Shown here: positions 1 through 7,792 of the stretch, one piece after another
Numbering within the stretch: the first letter of the stretch is position 1
How the letters are laid out: each line of letters starts with the position of its first letter
NCBI GenBank assembly: GCA_945893395.1
Contig: CAMDEC010000002.1
Span: forward strand, 5,564-69,563
Direction of reading: 5' to 3'
DNA length: 64,000 nt
From: Bifidobacterium breve
GTDB lineage: Bacteria; Actinomycetota; Acidimicrobiia; Acidimicrobiales; Ilumatobacteraceae
Program-made: the position numbers and the translations under genes
Notes under the pieces: generated by a model
The model's input: the letters and a program-made list of their open reading frames with translations, nothing else
What the model was told of the DNA's origin: nothing
Database searches by the model: none

Positions 1-283
1 CGGCATTTGACATCAAGCGCTTGACATCTCTGCTCGTGAATTTTGCGACCACTTTGGGCTCAAAGTTTTTGAACGCGACTCTGAATGCAGGACGTTTGCG
101 CAATATCGTCAGCCAACTTAAGCCTGATTGAAAACCCTCCAGGCAGATCTTTTCGTAGATCAGTCTGTCGTCGACTACTGGCCTTCCCCACTCGTGGTCG
201 TGATAGCGCAAATACTCGCTATCGACCGTGCACCAGCTACATCGCTCGTGTTTACCGTCGCCAATGAGAACTTGCTTGCCCAC
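1..283 (-). CDS. tag: DNA-3-methyladenine glycosylase I (Tag), 5' part only; gene runs off the left edge
   Basis: Not in ORF track (no stop inside window). Hand translation of minus strand from GTG 283..281 (TTG 286..284 also in frame): VGKQVLIGDGKHERCSWCTVDSEYLRYHDHEWGRPVVDDRLIYEKICLEGFQSGLSWLTILRKRPAFRVAFKNFEPKVVAKFTSRDVKRLMSNA. Matches recalled E. coli Tag hallmarks (ERCGW, YHDNEWG, ICLEGQQAGLSW, LKKRE-YR-F, DVERL). Confidence 0.8.
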   Translation of the reverse strand, partial: MGKQVLIGDGKHERCSWCTVDSEYLRYHDHEWGRPVVDDRLIYEKICLEGFQSGLSWLTILRKRPAFRVAFKNFEPKVVAKFTSRDVKRLMSNA

Positions 284-296
284 CAAAAGAGTTGAA

Positions 297-2672
297 TCAG
301 TCGCGCAATCGTGCGCCAAGTTTTGCCGCCGCGTCTAAACACCGTTGGCGAATTGTGGTTACTTCGGCGTCGGTCAAAGTACGGTCGCTGGCCTGCAGAC
401 ACAATCTGAAAGTCAAACTGCGCGAATCATCAGCAAGACCCGCGCCACGATAAACATCAAATAGTTCGAGATCAACTAGTTCAACGCCACCCGCTTGACG
501 CAACGCCTTGATCACTGCCCCAGCAGTTTGACTGTTCGGCACCGCGAATGCCAGGTCGAAATCACTTCTTGGAAAGCGACTCACTGGCTTGGCGTTGGCC
601 ACCCGAGGTGTTTCAGACAACAACACCGAGAGGTTGAGTTCCAAACAAGCGACGGTCGCATTGATTTGATTTTTAGCCAATACACGGGGATCGATTTCGC
701 CGACGCAACCCAAAATCTGTTTGCCTCGACGCAAAGTGGCACTGCGCTTCGGGTGGAAACCGGGCTCGACGCTGCTCTGATCTAATTGCGCGCCAAAACT
801 CATGACACTCGACAACTGACTCCACCAATCAAGTGCGAGCGCACTCGTCTCACCGACGGCGACGAGACATACCGATTCATATTCATCTGGCAAACCATCA
901 ACAGAGTCGGCCTTGCCCGATGGGTAGACATGACCCAGTTCAAACAGCAGGATGTCTGATGTTCGATGCGAAATGTTGTAGCCGATTGCTTTCAGCAAAC
1001 CGGGTCGTAGTGAAGTGCGCAAGATGCTTTCTTCGAACACCAGCGGGTTCGCCAGCCGAATCGCGTTATCTTCGGTCAATCCAGCCTTGGTCAAATCGCC
1101 CGGCGCCAAAAAGGGGTTCGGCATCGCCTCGCTCAGACCCATGCTCAGCACTACGTCCCGAAGATCGCGACGCCGTTGCTGCAGTGGCGACAGTCGCCCG
1201 TGCATCGTGGATTGTGGCACGACTTTGCCAAGTTGGTCATATCCGTAATGTCGAGCAACTTCTTCGACAAGATCGATCTCTGATTCACAATCGGGTCGCC
1301 ACGAAGGTACCGCAATCTTCAAACTTGGTATTTTCGCACCTGAAACCGACTTGGTCGCAAACCCGATCCTGGCCAAGATCACGGATATGGCCTTTGTCGT
1401 AAGTTTGGTGCCCAAAACGCGATTCACTTGAGCAAGTCGTAGCGCCACAACTCTTTGTTTCGCAGGCAGCGTTTTTTCTTTTACATCGCTTGCACCACTG
1501 TGCACGACCAAATTCGGGCAGGACTCGCGCAACAAAAACGCGAAACGGCTCACTGCATGATCGATGCCATGCGGGTCGACACCACGCTCAAAACGCATCG
1601 ACGCTTCAGATCGCAAGCCGAGTCGTGTCGCGGTTCGCGCAATACCCGAGCCTTCAAACCACGCGGTTTCGAGTGCCACGGTTTGTGTTTGCCCGCTGAT
1701 TTCAGTCGCGGCGCCGCCCATCACGCCGGCTAACCCAATCGGGTTGTCTTTACCGTCGCAGATCAAAAGGTCGGTCGTTTCAAGTGCGCGAGTCTGACCG
1801 TCGAGCGTCACCAGTGTTTCACCAGAACGAGCGCAACGAATCTTGAAACCATTATTCACTTTTTCGGCATCAAAGGCGTGGGTCGGCTGATTCAATTCAA
1901 GCATTACCATGTTCGACGCATCGACGACATTGTTGATCGGTCGCATGCCGCAATTTGTCAGACGTCGTGCAATCCAATTCGGTGATTCGCCGACGACGAC
2001 ACCAGACATAACTGTCATGTTGTATCGGGCACAACACTTTTTGTCGGCGATCATCACTTTGATTGAGCGGGTCGCACCTTTTTTGACTTTGTCACCAATC
2101 GGCGCGGCGATTTTGACTCGCAAATGCGCGCCAAGATCACGAGCAACACCGAGGTAACCATTGCAGTCAGGTCGATTGCGTGTCACATCCAAATCAAAAA
2201 CGCAATCGCTCTTGATCTCGAGCGCAGAGAACACATCTTTGCCGAGCTTCAAATCTTTCGGCAGAATCAAAATGCCGTCAGCATCGGTGGTCAAGCCCAA
2301 TTCGGTTCCAGAACAAAGCATTCCATGACTTTCGATACCGAGTATCCCGCGCGGGGTGATCAGGCGCCCGTCCGGCATGGTCGTGCCCAAGGTCGCCAAG
2401 GGAATCAGATCACCTGATTTCATGTTGAACGCCCCACACCACACATGCAACTCTTGGCCATCGCCTGCGTCGACATAAACACGATGAACTTTCGCCGCAT
2501 CAGGGTGACGCTCGGTTCGCAAAACTTTCGCCACAACAACGCCTTTGATCGGCGTGTCAACTTGAGTCAGCGAATCGACAGCCAAACCTAGGCTGGTCAT
2601 CGCTGTCGAAAGTTTCTCGACATTCGTGCCGAACGCACCAAAATCGTTCAACCACGAGTTAAGAATCTTCAC
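297..2672 (-). CDS. pheT: phenylalanine--tRNA ligase beta subunit
   Basis: 791 aa ORF. N-terminal tRNA-binding (OB) domain VVVAKVLRTERHPDAAKVHRVYVDAG, then B3/4, B5 and C-terminal FDX-ACB-like regions. GTG start overlaps pheS stop by 1 nt (TAGTG). Confidence 0.95.
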   Translation of the reverse strand: MKILNSWLNDFGAFGTNVEKLSTAMTSLGLAVDSLTQVDTPIKGVVVAKVLRTERHPDAAKVHRVYVDAGDGQELHVWCGAFNMKSGDLIPLATLGTTMPDGRLITPRGILGIESHGMLCSGTELGLTTDADGILILPKDLKLGKDVFSALEIKSDCVFDLDVTRNRPDCNGYLGVARDLGAHLRVKIAAPIGDKVKKGATRSIKVMIADKKCCARYNMTVMSGVVVGESPNWIARRLTNCGMRPINNVVDASNMVMLELNQPTHAFDAEKVNNGFKIRCARSGETLVTLDGQTRALETTDLLICDGKDNPIGLAGVMGGAATEISGQTQTVALETAWFEGSGIARTATRLGLRSEASMRFERGVDPHGIDHAVSRFAFLLRESCPNLVVHSGASDVKEKTLPAKQRVVALRLAQVNRVLGTKLTTKAISVILARIGFATKSVSGAKIPSLKIAVPSWRPDCESEIDLVEEVARHYGYDQLGKVVPQSTMHGRLSPLQQRRRDLRDVVLSMGLSEAMPNPFLAPGDLTKAGLTEDNAIRLANPLVFEESILRTSLRPGLLKAIGYNISHRTSDILLFELGHVYPSGKADSVDGLPDEYESVCLVAVGETSALALDWWSQLSSVMSFGAQLDQSSVEPGFHPKRSATLRRGKQILGCVGEIDPRVLAKNQINATVACLELNLSVLLSETPRVANAKPVSRFPRSDFDLAFAVPNSQTAGAVIKALRQAGGVELVDLELFDVYRGAGLADDSRSLTFRLCLQASDRTLTDAEVTTIRQRCLDAAAKLGARLRD

Positions 2673-3700
2673 TAGAACTGCCTCAGAAATCGCAGGTCGT
2701 TCGTGTACATTTCACGAATATCTCCGACCTTGTGCCGTTCTTTGGCCATCCGATCGATGCCGAATCCAAATGCGAAGCCAGTGAATTCTTCAGGGTCGAT
2801 ACCCCCACTAAGCAAAACATTCGGGTGGACCATGCCGCAGCCACCTAGTTCTATCCACTCACCGTCGGCACGACGAATATCAAACTCGGCACTCGGCTCA
2901 GTGAACGGGAAAAACGACGGACGCAGGCGACTAGAAAAGTCTTCGCCAAAGAATGCTTTCGTGAACGCTTCAATCGTTCCGGCCAGATGGGCGAAAGTTA
3001 TGCCACGATCGATGACCAAACCTTCAATTTGATGGAACACCGGCATGTGCGTTGCGTCGGGCGTGTCACGGCGAAAAACACGACCTGGCATGATCGCATA
3101 GATCGGTGGCTTCCAGGACTTCATCACGCGAATCTGTACCGGCGAAGTATGGGTACGCAACAAAACCGAACCGGGCTCGCCGTATTCAAGAAACATGGTG
3201 TCAAATTCAGAACGCGCGGGGTGCGATTTGGGCATGTTCAACGCCTCAAAATTGTTGAAATCAGTTTCGACCTCCGGACCTTCGGCGATCTGAAAACCGA
3301 GCCCGACGAATACATCCTCAAGTCTTTGCGTTGCCTGGGTCACAATGTGGCTGTGTCCACGCCGACGCTGAGTAAGCAACTCGGTCAGGTCAAGAGATTC
3401 ACGAGCGATGCGATTAGAAATTTCAAGTTCGGTAAATTCGGTCGTGCGCGTCTCAATCGCCGCCGAAATCAGTGTCGCGGCGGCATTCAAAAGCTGACCG
3501 ATCGTGCGCTTATCTTCGACCAACGAGAGTTTGCCCATGTCGCTTTTAAAACTGTTGAGCAGGCTTTCCTTTTTGTTTAGTTCAACGCCCAAAGCCCGTA
3601 AAGCATCCAAGTCTGAGACACTTTTGATCGCTTGCAATGCTGCGTCACGGGCCGTCTCGATTGCCTGGCTGATTGCGCCGACCGTGTTTTGCTCAGACAT
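2672..3700 (-). CDS. pheS: phenylalanine--tRNA ligase alpha subunit
   Basis: 342 aa, ATG start. Class II aaRS core motifs FRRDTPDATHMPVFHQIEGL and GFAFGFGIDRMA. Directly upstream of pheT. Confidence 0.95.
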   Translation of the reverse strand: MSEQNTVGAISQAIETARDAALQAIKSVSDLDALRALGVELNKKESLLNSFKSDMGKLSLVEDKRTIGQLLNAAATLISAAIETRTTEFTELEISNRIARESLDLTELLTQRRRGHSHIVTQATQRLEDVFVGLGFQIAEGPEVETDFNNFEALNMPKSHPARSEFDTMFLEYGEPGSVLLRTHTSPVQIRVMKSWKPPIYAIMPGRVFRRDTPDATHMPVFHQIEGLVIDRGITFAHLAGTIEAFTKAFFGEDFSSRLRPSFFPFTEPSAEFDIRRADGEWIELGGCGMVHPNVLLSGGIDPEEFTGFAFGFGIDRMAKERHKVGDIREMYTNDLRFLRQF

Positions 3701-3739
3701 CGTTATCTAACTTTAGTCGTCCGCCAGTTCTGGCTGGGG

Positions 3740-4498
3740 CTACTTATCGTGTTGACGCTTCGCTTCAAAACACAACAACGTCGCGGCCATCGCTACATTC
3801 AGGCTCTCACCACGTCCAGCATGCGCAATCGTCAGCCATCCATCCAGATTGGTATTCAGCGAAAGTCCATGTGACTCGTTGCCCAACACAATTGCCACTC
3901 GACCCGAGAGATCGGCTTGCGCAAAATCAATCGACTTTTCAAGCTGATGGCTCGAAGATCCCCAAAGTTTGAACCCGAGTTCACCGACTTGATCAAGATT
4001 CACCGATTCATATACGGGGATGTTAAAGATCGCGCCCGCTGATGCCCGCACGACCTTCGGACTGAATGCATCCACCGTGCCACTTGTTAGCAATACCCCA
4101 CTCGCACCTGCTGCTTCGGCAGAGCGCAATATCGTGCCCAAATTGCCTGGGTCAGAAATCTTGTCGGCAACCACGACCCAAGTGTTTTCATTTGTTTTCA
4201 ATTCGTTGAGGTCACGATCTTGCTTCAGCGCGATCGCAATCACCGGTTGAGGGGTCGCGGTCGATGCGACTCGCTCCATTACCCCTGCTGCCAAATCATT
4301 GACCGCACTGCCCGCACCCGAACAAGCAACGGCACCCGGCGCAACAAACTGTGATTCGATCCGCCATCCCGCACGAATTGCTTCGTCGATCAGCGTGGCC
4401 CCCTCGACCACGAACGCTCTTTCTTGCGCTCGTTCTGATTTATCGCTTACAAGTCTGCGCAATCGCTGAACCCGATTGCTCGTGAACGCGAGTGGCAA
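3740..4498 (-). CDS. TrmH/SpoU-family RNA 2'-O-methyltransferase (TsnR-like position)
   Basis: 252 aa. SpoU methylase motifs DKISDPGNLGTILRSAEAAG, IVLGNESHGLS, ESLNVAMAATL. TTG start 5 nt after rplT stop. Same position as the rRNA methylase following rplT in mycobacteria (recalled). Confidence 0.85.
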   Translation of the reverse strand: MPLAFTSNRVQRLRRLVSDKSERAQERAFVVEGATLIDEAIRAGWRIESQFVAPGAVACSGAGSAVNDLAAGVMERVASTATPQPVIAIALKQDRDLNELKTNENTWVVVADKISDPGNLGTILRSAEAAGASGVLLTSGTVDAFSPKVVRASAGAIFNIPVYESVNLDQVGELGFKLWGSSSHQLEKSIDFAQADLSGRVAIVLGNESHGLSLNTNLDGWLTIAHAGRGESLNVAMAATLLCFEAKRQHDK

Positions 4499-4503
4499 AA
4501 GAC

Positions 4504-4860
4504 TCAGACGAGCGCGCCCTTTGCGGTTTCGACTAATTTGGCGAACGCCTTTTCGTCGTGCACGGCAAGGTCAGCCAGGATCTTTCGATCCACGGTGACG
4601 CCGGCTGCAGATAAACCTGCGACGAAGCGGCTATAGCTCATGTCGTGCATCCGACAACCAGCGTTGATCCGTTGAATCCACAAACTGCGAAACTCACCCT
4701 TCTTCGCACGACGGTCACGAAATGCATATTGCCCCGAGTGCAATACCTGCTCGTTAGCCGATCGAAAAGTGCGACTGCGGTCTCCGTAGTAACCCTTTGC
4801 TTTTTCAAGAATTGCCCTGTGCTTTTTGCGGGCATGAACGGCACGTTTAACTCTGGCCAT
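4504..4860 (-). CDS. rplT: 50S ribosomal protein L20
   Basis: 118 aa, [26 protein letters not shown]..., canonical L20 N-terminus. Follows rpmI. Confidence 0.97.
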   Translation of the reverse strand: MARVKRAVHARKKHRAILEKAKGYYGDRSRTFRSANEQVLHSGQYAFRDRRAKKGEFRSLWIQRINAGCRMHDMSYSRFVAGLSAAGVTVDRKILADLAVHDEKAFAKLVETAKGALV

Positions 4861-4907
4861 CTTCGTTTCCTCTCATTTAGGTTTGGATAAAAACTTTTTT
4901 ACTCGGC

Positions 4908-5105
4908 TTACCGTTCGGCAAGCAGACGCTTGATCCGCTTTACATCGCCAGTATGCACGTCAACCGAGCCGTCAAGACGACGCGTACGCTCGCTCGACTT
5001 GTGCTCGAACAAATGCTGACGCATCGACTGCTGACGACGAAGTTTGCCGGTGCCTGTTTTCTTAAATCGCTTTTTGGCTGTCTTGGATGTTTTCATCTTT
5101 GGCAT
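4908..5105 (-). CDS. rpmI: 50S ribosomal protein L35
   Basis: 65 aa, [27 protein letters not shown] 5105 preceded by CGGAGA SD inside the infC 3' end. Confidence 0.95.
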   Translation of the reverse strand: MPKMKTSKTAKKRFKKTGTGKLRRQQSMRQHLFEHKSSERTRRLDGSVDVHTGDVKRIKRLLAER

Positions 5106-5721
5106 TTTGTGTCTCCGTTTCGGTTGTGATATTCGAAATATTGGTTGGTTTGGCGACGACAGGTTTTGCTGAAGCCGGTTTTAGATTCGAGCGCTTGGCT
5201 GCTTTTTTGTCTGGTGAAAGAACCATCGACATATTCCGTCCTTCGAGTCGATGGGGGGTGTCAACTTTGGCGATCGGACCGAGTTGCTCGATCACGGCAT
5301 CCAAAATTTTCGATCCCAATTCGGGGTGGGCCATTTCTCGCCCTCTGAATTGCAAAGTGACTTTCACCTTGTGGCCTTCGTCGAGAAACTCGAGCATGTG
5401 ACGCACCTTGGTGTCAAAGTCGCCTTTGGCGATCTTCGGCTTGAACTTGACTTCCTTCATCGTGATCTGCACCGTTTTTTTGCGGGACTCTTTCAATCTC
5501 TGAGCCTCTTCGTAGCGGAACTTTCCGTAGTCCATAATCCGGCATACGGGTGGCTCTGCTAACGGAGCAACTTCAACAAGGTCTAAATCGGCCCTGCGTG
5601 ATCGCTCAAGTGCATCTTCGATACTGACGACTCCAACTTGTGATCCATCTGCGTCAACAAGTCGAACCTGTTTGGCTCGAATTCTCTCGTTGTAGCGCGG
5701 TTCATTAATTGGCGGTGCTAT
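5062..5721 (-). CDS. infC: translation initiation factor IF-3 (non-AUG start; AUA 5721 or AUU 5709)
   Basis: ORF track starts at ATG 5535 ([10 protein letters not shown]...). The frame stays open upstream to TGA 5730..5728 and encodes (I)[61 protein letters not shown], which is the IF3 N-terminal domain. No ATG/GTG/TTG lies in that stretch, only ATA (5721) and ATT (5709). Gene identity is secure; the exact start is uncertain. Confidence 0.88.
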   Translation of the reverse strand: MAPPINEPRYNERIRAKQVRLVDADGSQVGVVSIEDALERSRRADLDLVEVAPLAEPPVCRIMDYGKFRYEEAQRLKESRKKTVQITMKEVKFKPKIAKGDFDTKVRHMLEFLDEGHKVKVTLQFRGREMAHPELGSKILDAVIEQLGPIAKVDTPHRLEGRNMSMVLSPDKKAAKRSNLKPASAKPVVAKPTNISNITTETETQNAKDENIQDSQKAI

Positions 5722-5759
5722 GACTTTTCACTGCTTGACAAGCGGCTGTGCCTCCTCTT
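5718..5759 (-). promoter_or_regulatory. strong Shine-Dalgarno (AAGAGGAGG 5759..5751) plus 7-codon TTG uORF (5741..5718, MSSSEKS*) ending in AUAG overlap with the infC AUA
   Basis: Read directly: AAGAGGAGG-N9-TTG TCA AGC AGT GAA AAG TCA TAG. The TAG (5720..5718) overlaps the in-frame infC ATA (5721..5719). Function is inferred, not demonstrated. Confidence 0.3.
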
Positions 5760-5908
5760 ATGTAATAGATAAAACCCGACGCTCAAGAGTTGGCTTTGTT
5801 GCCAGGCGCGAGTCGAGGCCAGCGGTGGCATCGCCACTGCAAACAGTCGACCCAGACGCACTAAGCAACTCAGTTCCAACTTTCGAACTTCGTAAAACTT
5901 GTGGCAAG

Positions 5909-5935
5909 GTGGGAAACTAGTTTCCACTTTTGCTG
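5909..5935 (+). terminator. terminator-like hairpin plus U-tract on plus strand (weak, AU-rich stem)
   Basis: GUGGGAAA-CUAG-UUUCCAC (7 bp with one bulged G) followed by UUUUGCUGU. Hand-folded, no energy computed. Lies 44 nt upstream of the DUF1844 gene ATG. Confidence 0.25.
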
Positions 5936-5978
5936 TAGTAACCGAAAAGATATAAACCCAAACAATTACTGAGGCATA

Positions 5979-6293
5979 ATGGTAGCGCAAATGTCAGACA
6001 ACCCCACCCCCGAACAAGAAAAGGCTATGGCCGAAGCGCGAGCCCGACTCGCCGAAACACCCGCCAGCGTTGTGGTGGCTAATCATGTCGTCGGTCTATA
6101 CGAATTGGCTGCGATCCATCTGGGTGCCAACCCGCCAAGATTTGATGATGCTCGCTTGGCAATTGATGCACTCGCGGCAGTTGTCGACAATCTTGGCAGT
6201 CGGCTCGGCGCCGACCACGGCACTTTCAAAGATGCGCTCGCCAACATCCGCTTGGTATATGTCAAACTGACCAGCGCAGAACAACCTGAATAA
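5979..6293 (+). CDS. small acidic conserved protein, DUF1844-like
   Basis: 104 aa. GAGG SD 4 nt before ATG 5979. Segment SVVVANHVVGLYELAAIHLG...ARLAIDALAAVVDNLG resembles the DUF1844 family that I recall neighbouring infC in other actinobacteria. Family assignment is from memory only. Confidence 0.6.
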   Translation: MVAQMSDNPTPEQEKAMAEARARLAETPASVVVANHVVGLYELAAIHLGANPPRFDDARLAIDALAAVVDNLGSRLGADHGTFKDALANIRLVYVKLTSAEQPE

Positions 6294-6301
6294 CCAAAGT
6301 T

Positions 6302-7228
6302 TTATTCAAACCTTGATTGCTCGCTAAGCCGAGCACCGTTCATCCACTCTTCGACCTTCATAACTGCTTTGCCTTCGGGTTGAACCTCGGTCAGTGAAAC
6401 TGCACCATCTGTGGTTGCCACGACACAACTCACGTTCGTCAAGTCGCAAATTTGTCCGGGCAGTTTGCCCAGCGCCTGAATTGATGACACCTTGGCGCGC
6501 ACAATCTTCAACCGCTTGTGATTAATCGTCGTAAACGTGCCACCAACTCGCACTTGGCGAACTACTTGGACTGCCGGCGTCTGCCAATTTATTTGCAGGT
6601 CGGTTGTCTTGATTTTCTTTGCGTAAACCACCTCACCGCTTTGTTCAACTCCGTCTCGGCAACCATTCTTTACCGTGAACAACAACAATTTGATCGCCAT
6701 AGCATTCAGTTTCAGTCCGAGCGAATCTGCGTCATCCGTCTCGTCAATCTGAACTTCGTCGCGCGCAAAGACTTCACCCTCGTCGAGTTTTTCAACCACT
6801 CGCATGATGCACACCCCGGTTTTCGTATCCCCCGCCAAAATCGCTCGCTCAACTGGTGCGGCGCCGCGCCAACGTGGCAGCAAAGAAAAATGCACGTTGA
6901 TCATCGGCACGGCACTCAATAGGTCTGACTTGAACAATTCACCGTAAGCCACAACCACACCGAGCAGGTTTTGATTTTTTTGCGCCAAGGCGATTGCATC
7001 ATTCGGCAAATGTGAAACGGCGATGCCCAATCTTTGTGCGGCAATTTTCACGGGGCTGGCAGTGGTTCTGGTTCCTCGACCGCGACGAACATCGGGTCGC
7101 GTGACGACAAGTTGAACGTCGCAACCACTTGCGACCAAGGCTTCGAGTGGTGCCACCGCGATCTCAGGTGTACCAAAGTAGACGATGTGCGATGCGCCAA
7201 CTAAGGGCAGCACGGCAAGATTAGTCAC
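6302..7228 (-). CDS. fmt: methionyl-tRNA formyltransferase
   Basis: 308 aa. N-terminal IVYFGTPEIAV, catalytic-region NVHFSLLPRWRGAAPVERAI. GTG start overlaps def stop (GTGA). Confidence 0.92.
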   Translation of the reverse strand: MTNLAVLPLVGASHIVYFGTPEIAVAPLEALVASGCDVQLVVTRPDVRRGRGTRTTASPVKIAAQRLGIAVSHLPNDAIALAQKNQNLLGVVVAYGELFKSDLLSAVPMINVHFSLLPRWRGAAPVERAILAGDTKTGVCIMRVVEKLDEGEVFARDEVQIDETDDADSLGLKLNAMAIKLLLFTVKNGCRDGVEQSGEVVYAKKIKTTDLQINWQTPAVQVVRQVRVGGTFTTINHKRLKIVRAKVSSIQALGKLPGQICDLTNVSCVVATTDGAVSLTEVQPEGKAVMKVEEWMNGARLSEQSRFE

Positions 7229-7746
7229 GACAGTTTTAAGTGCGTCGCTTCGCTTTCACCTGGATTCTGTTCTCGTCTTCGATATTCGGCAAGGGCTTGC
7301 TTTCTCTGGTCGGGTGTCATTCGTTCGAACATCAACACCCCTTGCAAGTGATCAATCTCATGTTGAAAAAGTCTTGCCAACAATTCATCAGCCTCAATTT
7401 GAATCGTGTTGCCGTCTAAATTCGTGGCTTCAACCAGCACCAATTTCGGGCGCAACATCTCGACATACAGACCCGGAATTGACAGACACCCTTCGTCGTA
7501 AACCCACTCGCCGCTCGACTCGACGATTTTTGGGTTGATCAAAACATGTCGCGAGTCGTCGACGTCGTAGACGAACAATTGTTTTTGTACACCAATTTGA
7601 GGTGCGGCCAGACCCAGACCTGGTGCCTGATACATCACATCGAACATCTCGTCAGTGAGTTTGACGAGTTTGGCATCGATGTTCGTGATTTCAGCAGCAC
7701 ACGTCTTCAACACGGGGTCACCGAAGGTTCGAATGTCGTAACTCAC
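7225..7746 (-). CDS. def: peptide deformylase
   Basis: 173 aa, GTG start. The three PDF motifs GLGLAAPQIG, EGCLSIPG, HEIDHLQG are all present. Confidence 0.95.
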   Translation of the reverse strand: MSYDIRTFGDPVLKTCAAEITNIDAKLVKLTDEMFDVMYQAPGLGLAAPQIGVQKQLFVYDVDDSRHVLINPKIVESSGEWVYDEGCLSIPGLYVEMLRPKLVLVEATNLDGNTIQIEADELLARLFQHEIDHLQGVLMFERMTPDQRKQALAEYRRREQNPGESEATHLKLS

Positions 7747-7760
7747 CTTGATAAGACTAC

Positions 7761-7789
7761 CGAAAACACGAATACAAAAGTTCTATTCG
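7761..7789 (-). terminator. weak terminator-like hairpin plus U-tract between priA and def
   Basis: Minus-strand RNA reads CGAAUA-GAACUUUUG-UAUUCG followed by UGUUUUCG. The 6-bp stem is AU-rich. It starts 4 nt after the priA stop. Hand-folded only. Confidence 0.25.
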
Positions 7790-7792
7790 CCC

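Noticed and set aside
5721-5729. Programmed -1 frameshift from the uORF into infC at GAA AAG (AAG to AAA slip gives ...[11 protein letters not shown]...)
   Set aside because: Only a 4-A run, no canonical X XXY YYZ heptamer, and no obvious downstream stimulator. Termination-reinitiation or direct AUA/AUU initiation is simpler. Kept only as a minor alternative.
5718-5990. 90-aa minus-strand ORF covering the infC/DUF1844 intergenic region
   Set aside because: It is in the frame of the 7-codon uORF's TAG, not the infC frame, and its 5' end is antisense to the start of the DUF1844-like gene. Composition is not protein-like (Cys/Phe/Arg-rich). The region is better explained as leader or regulatory RNA.
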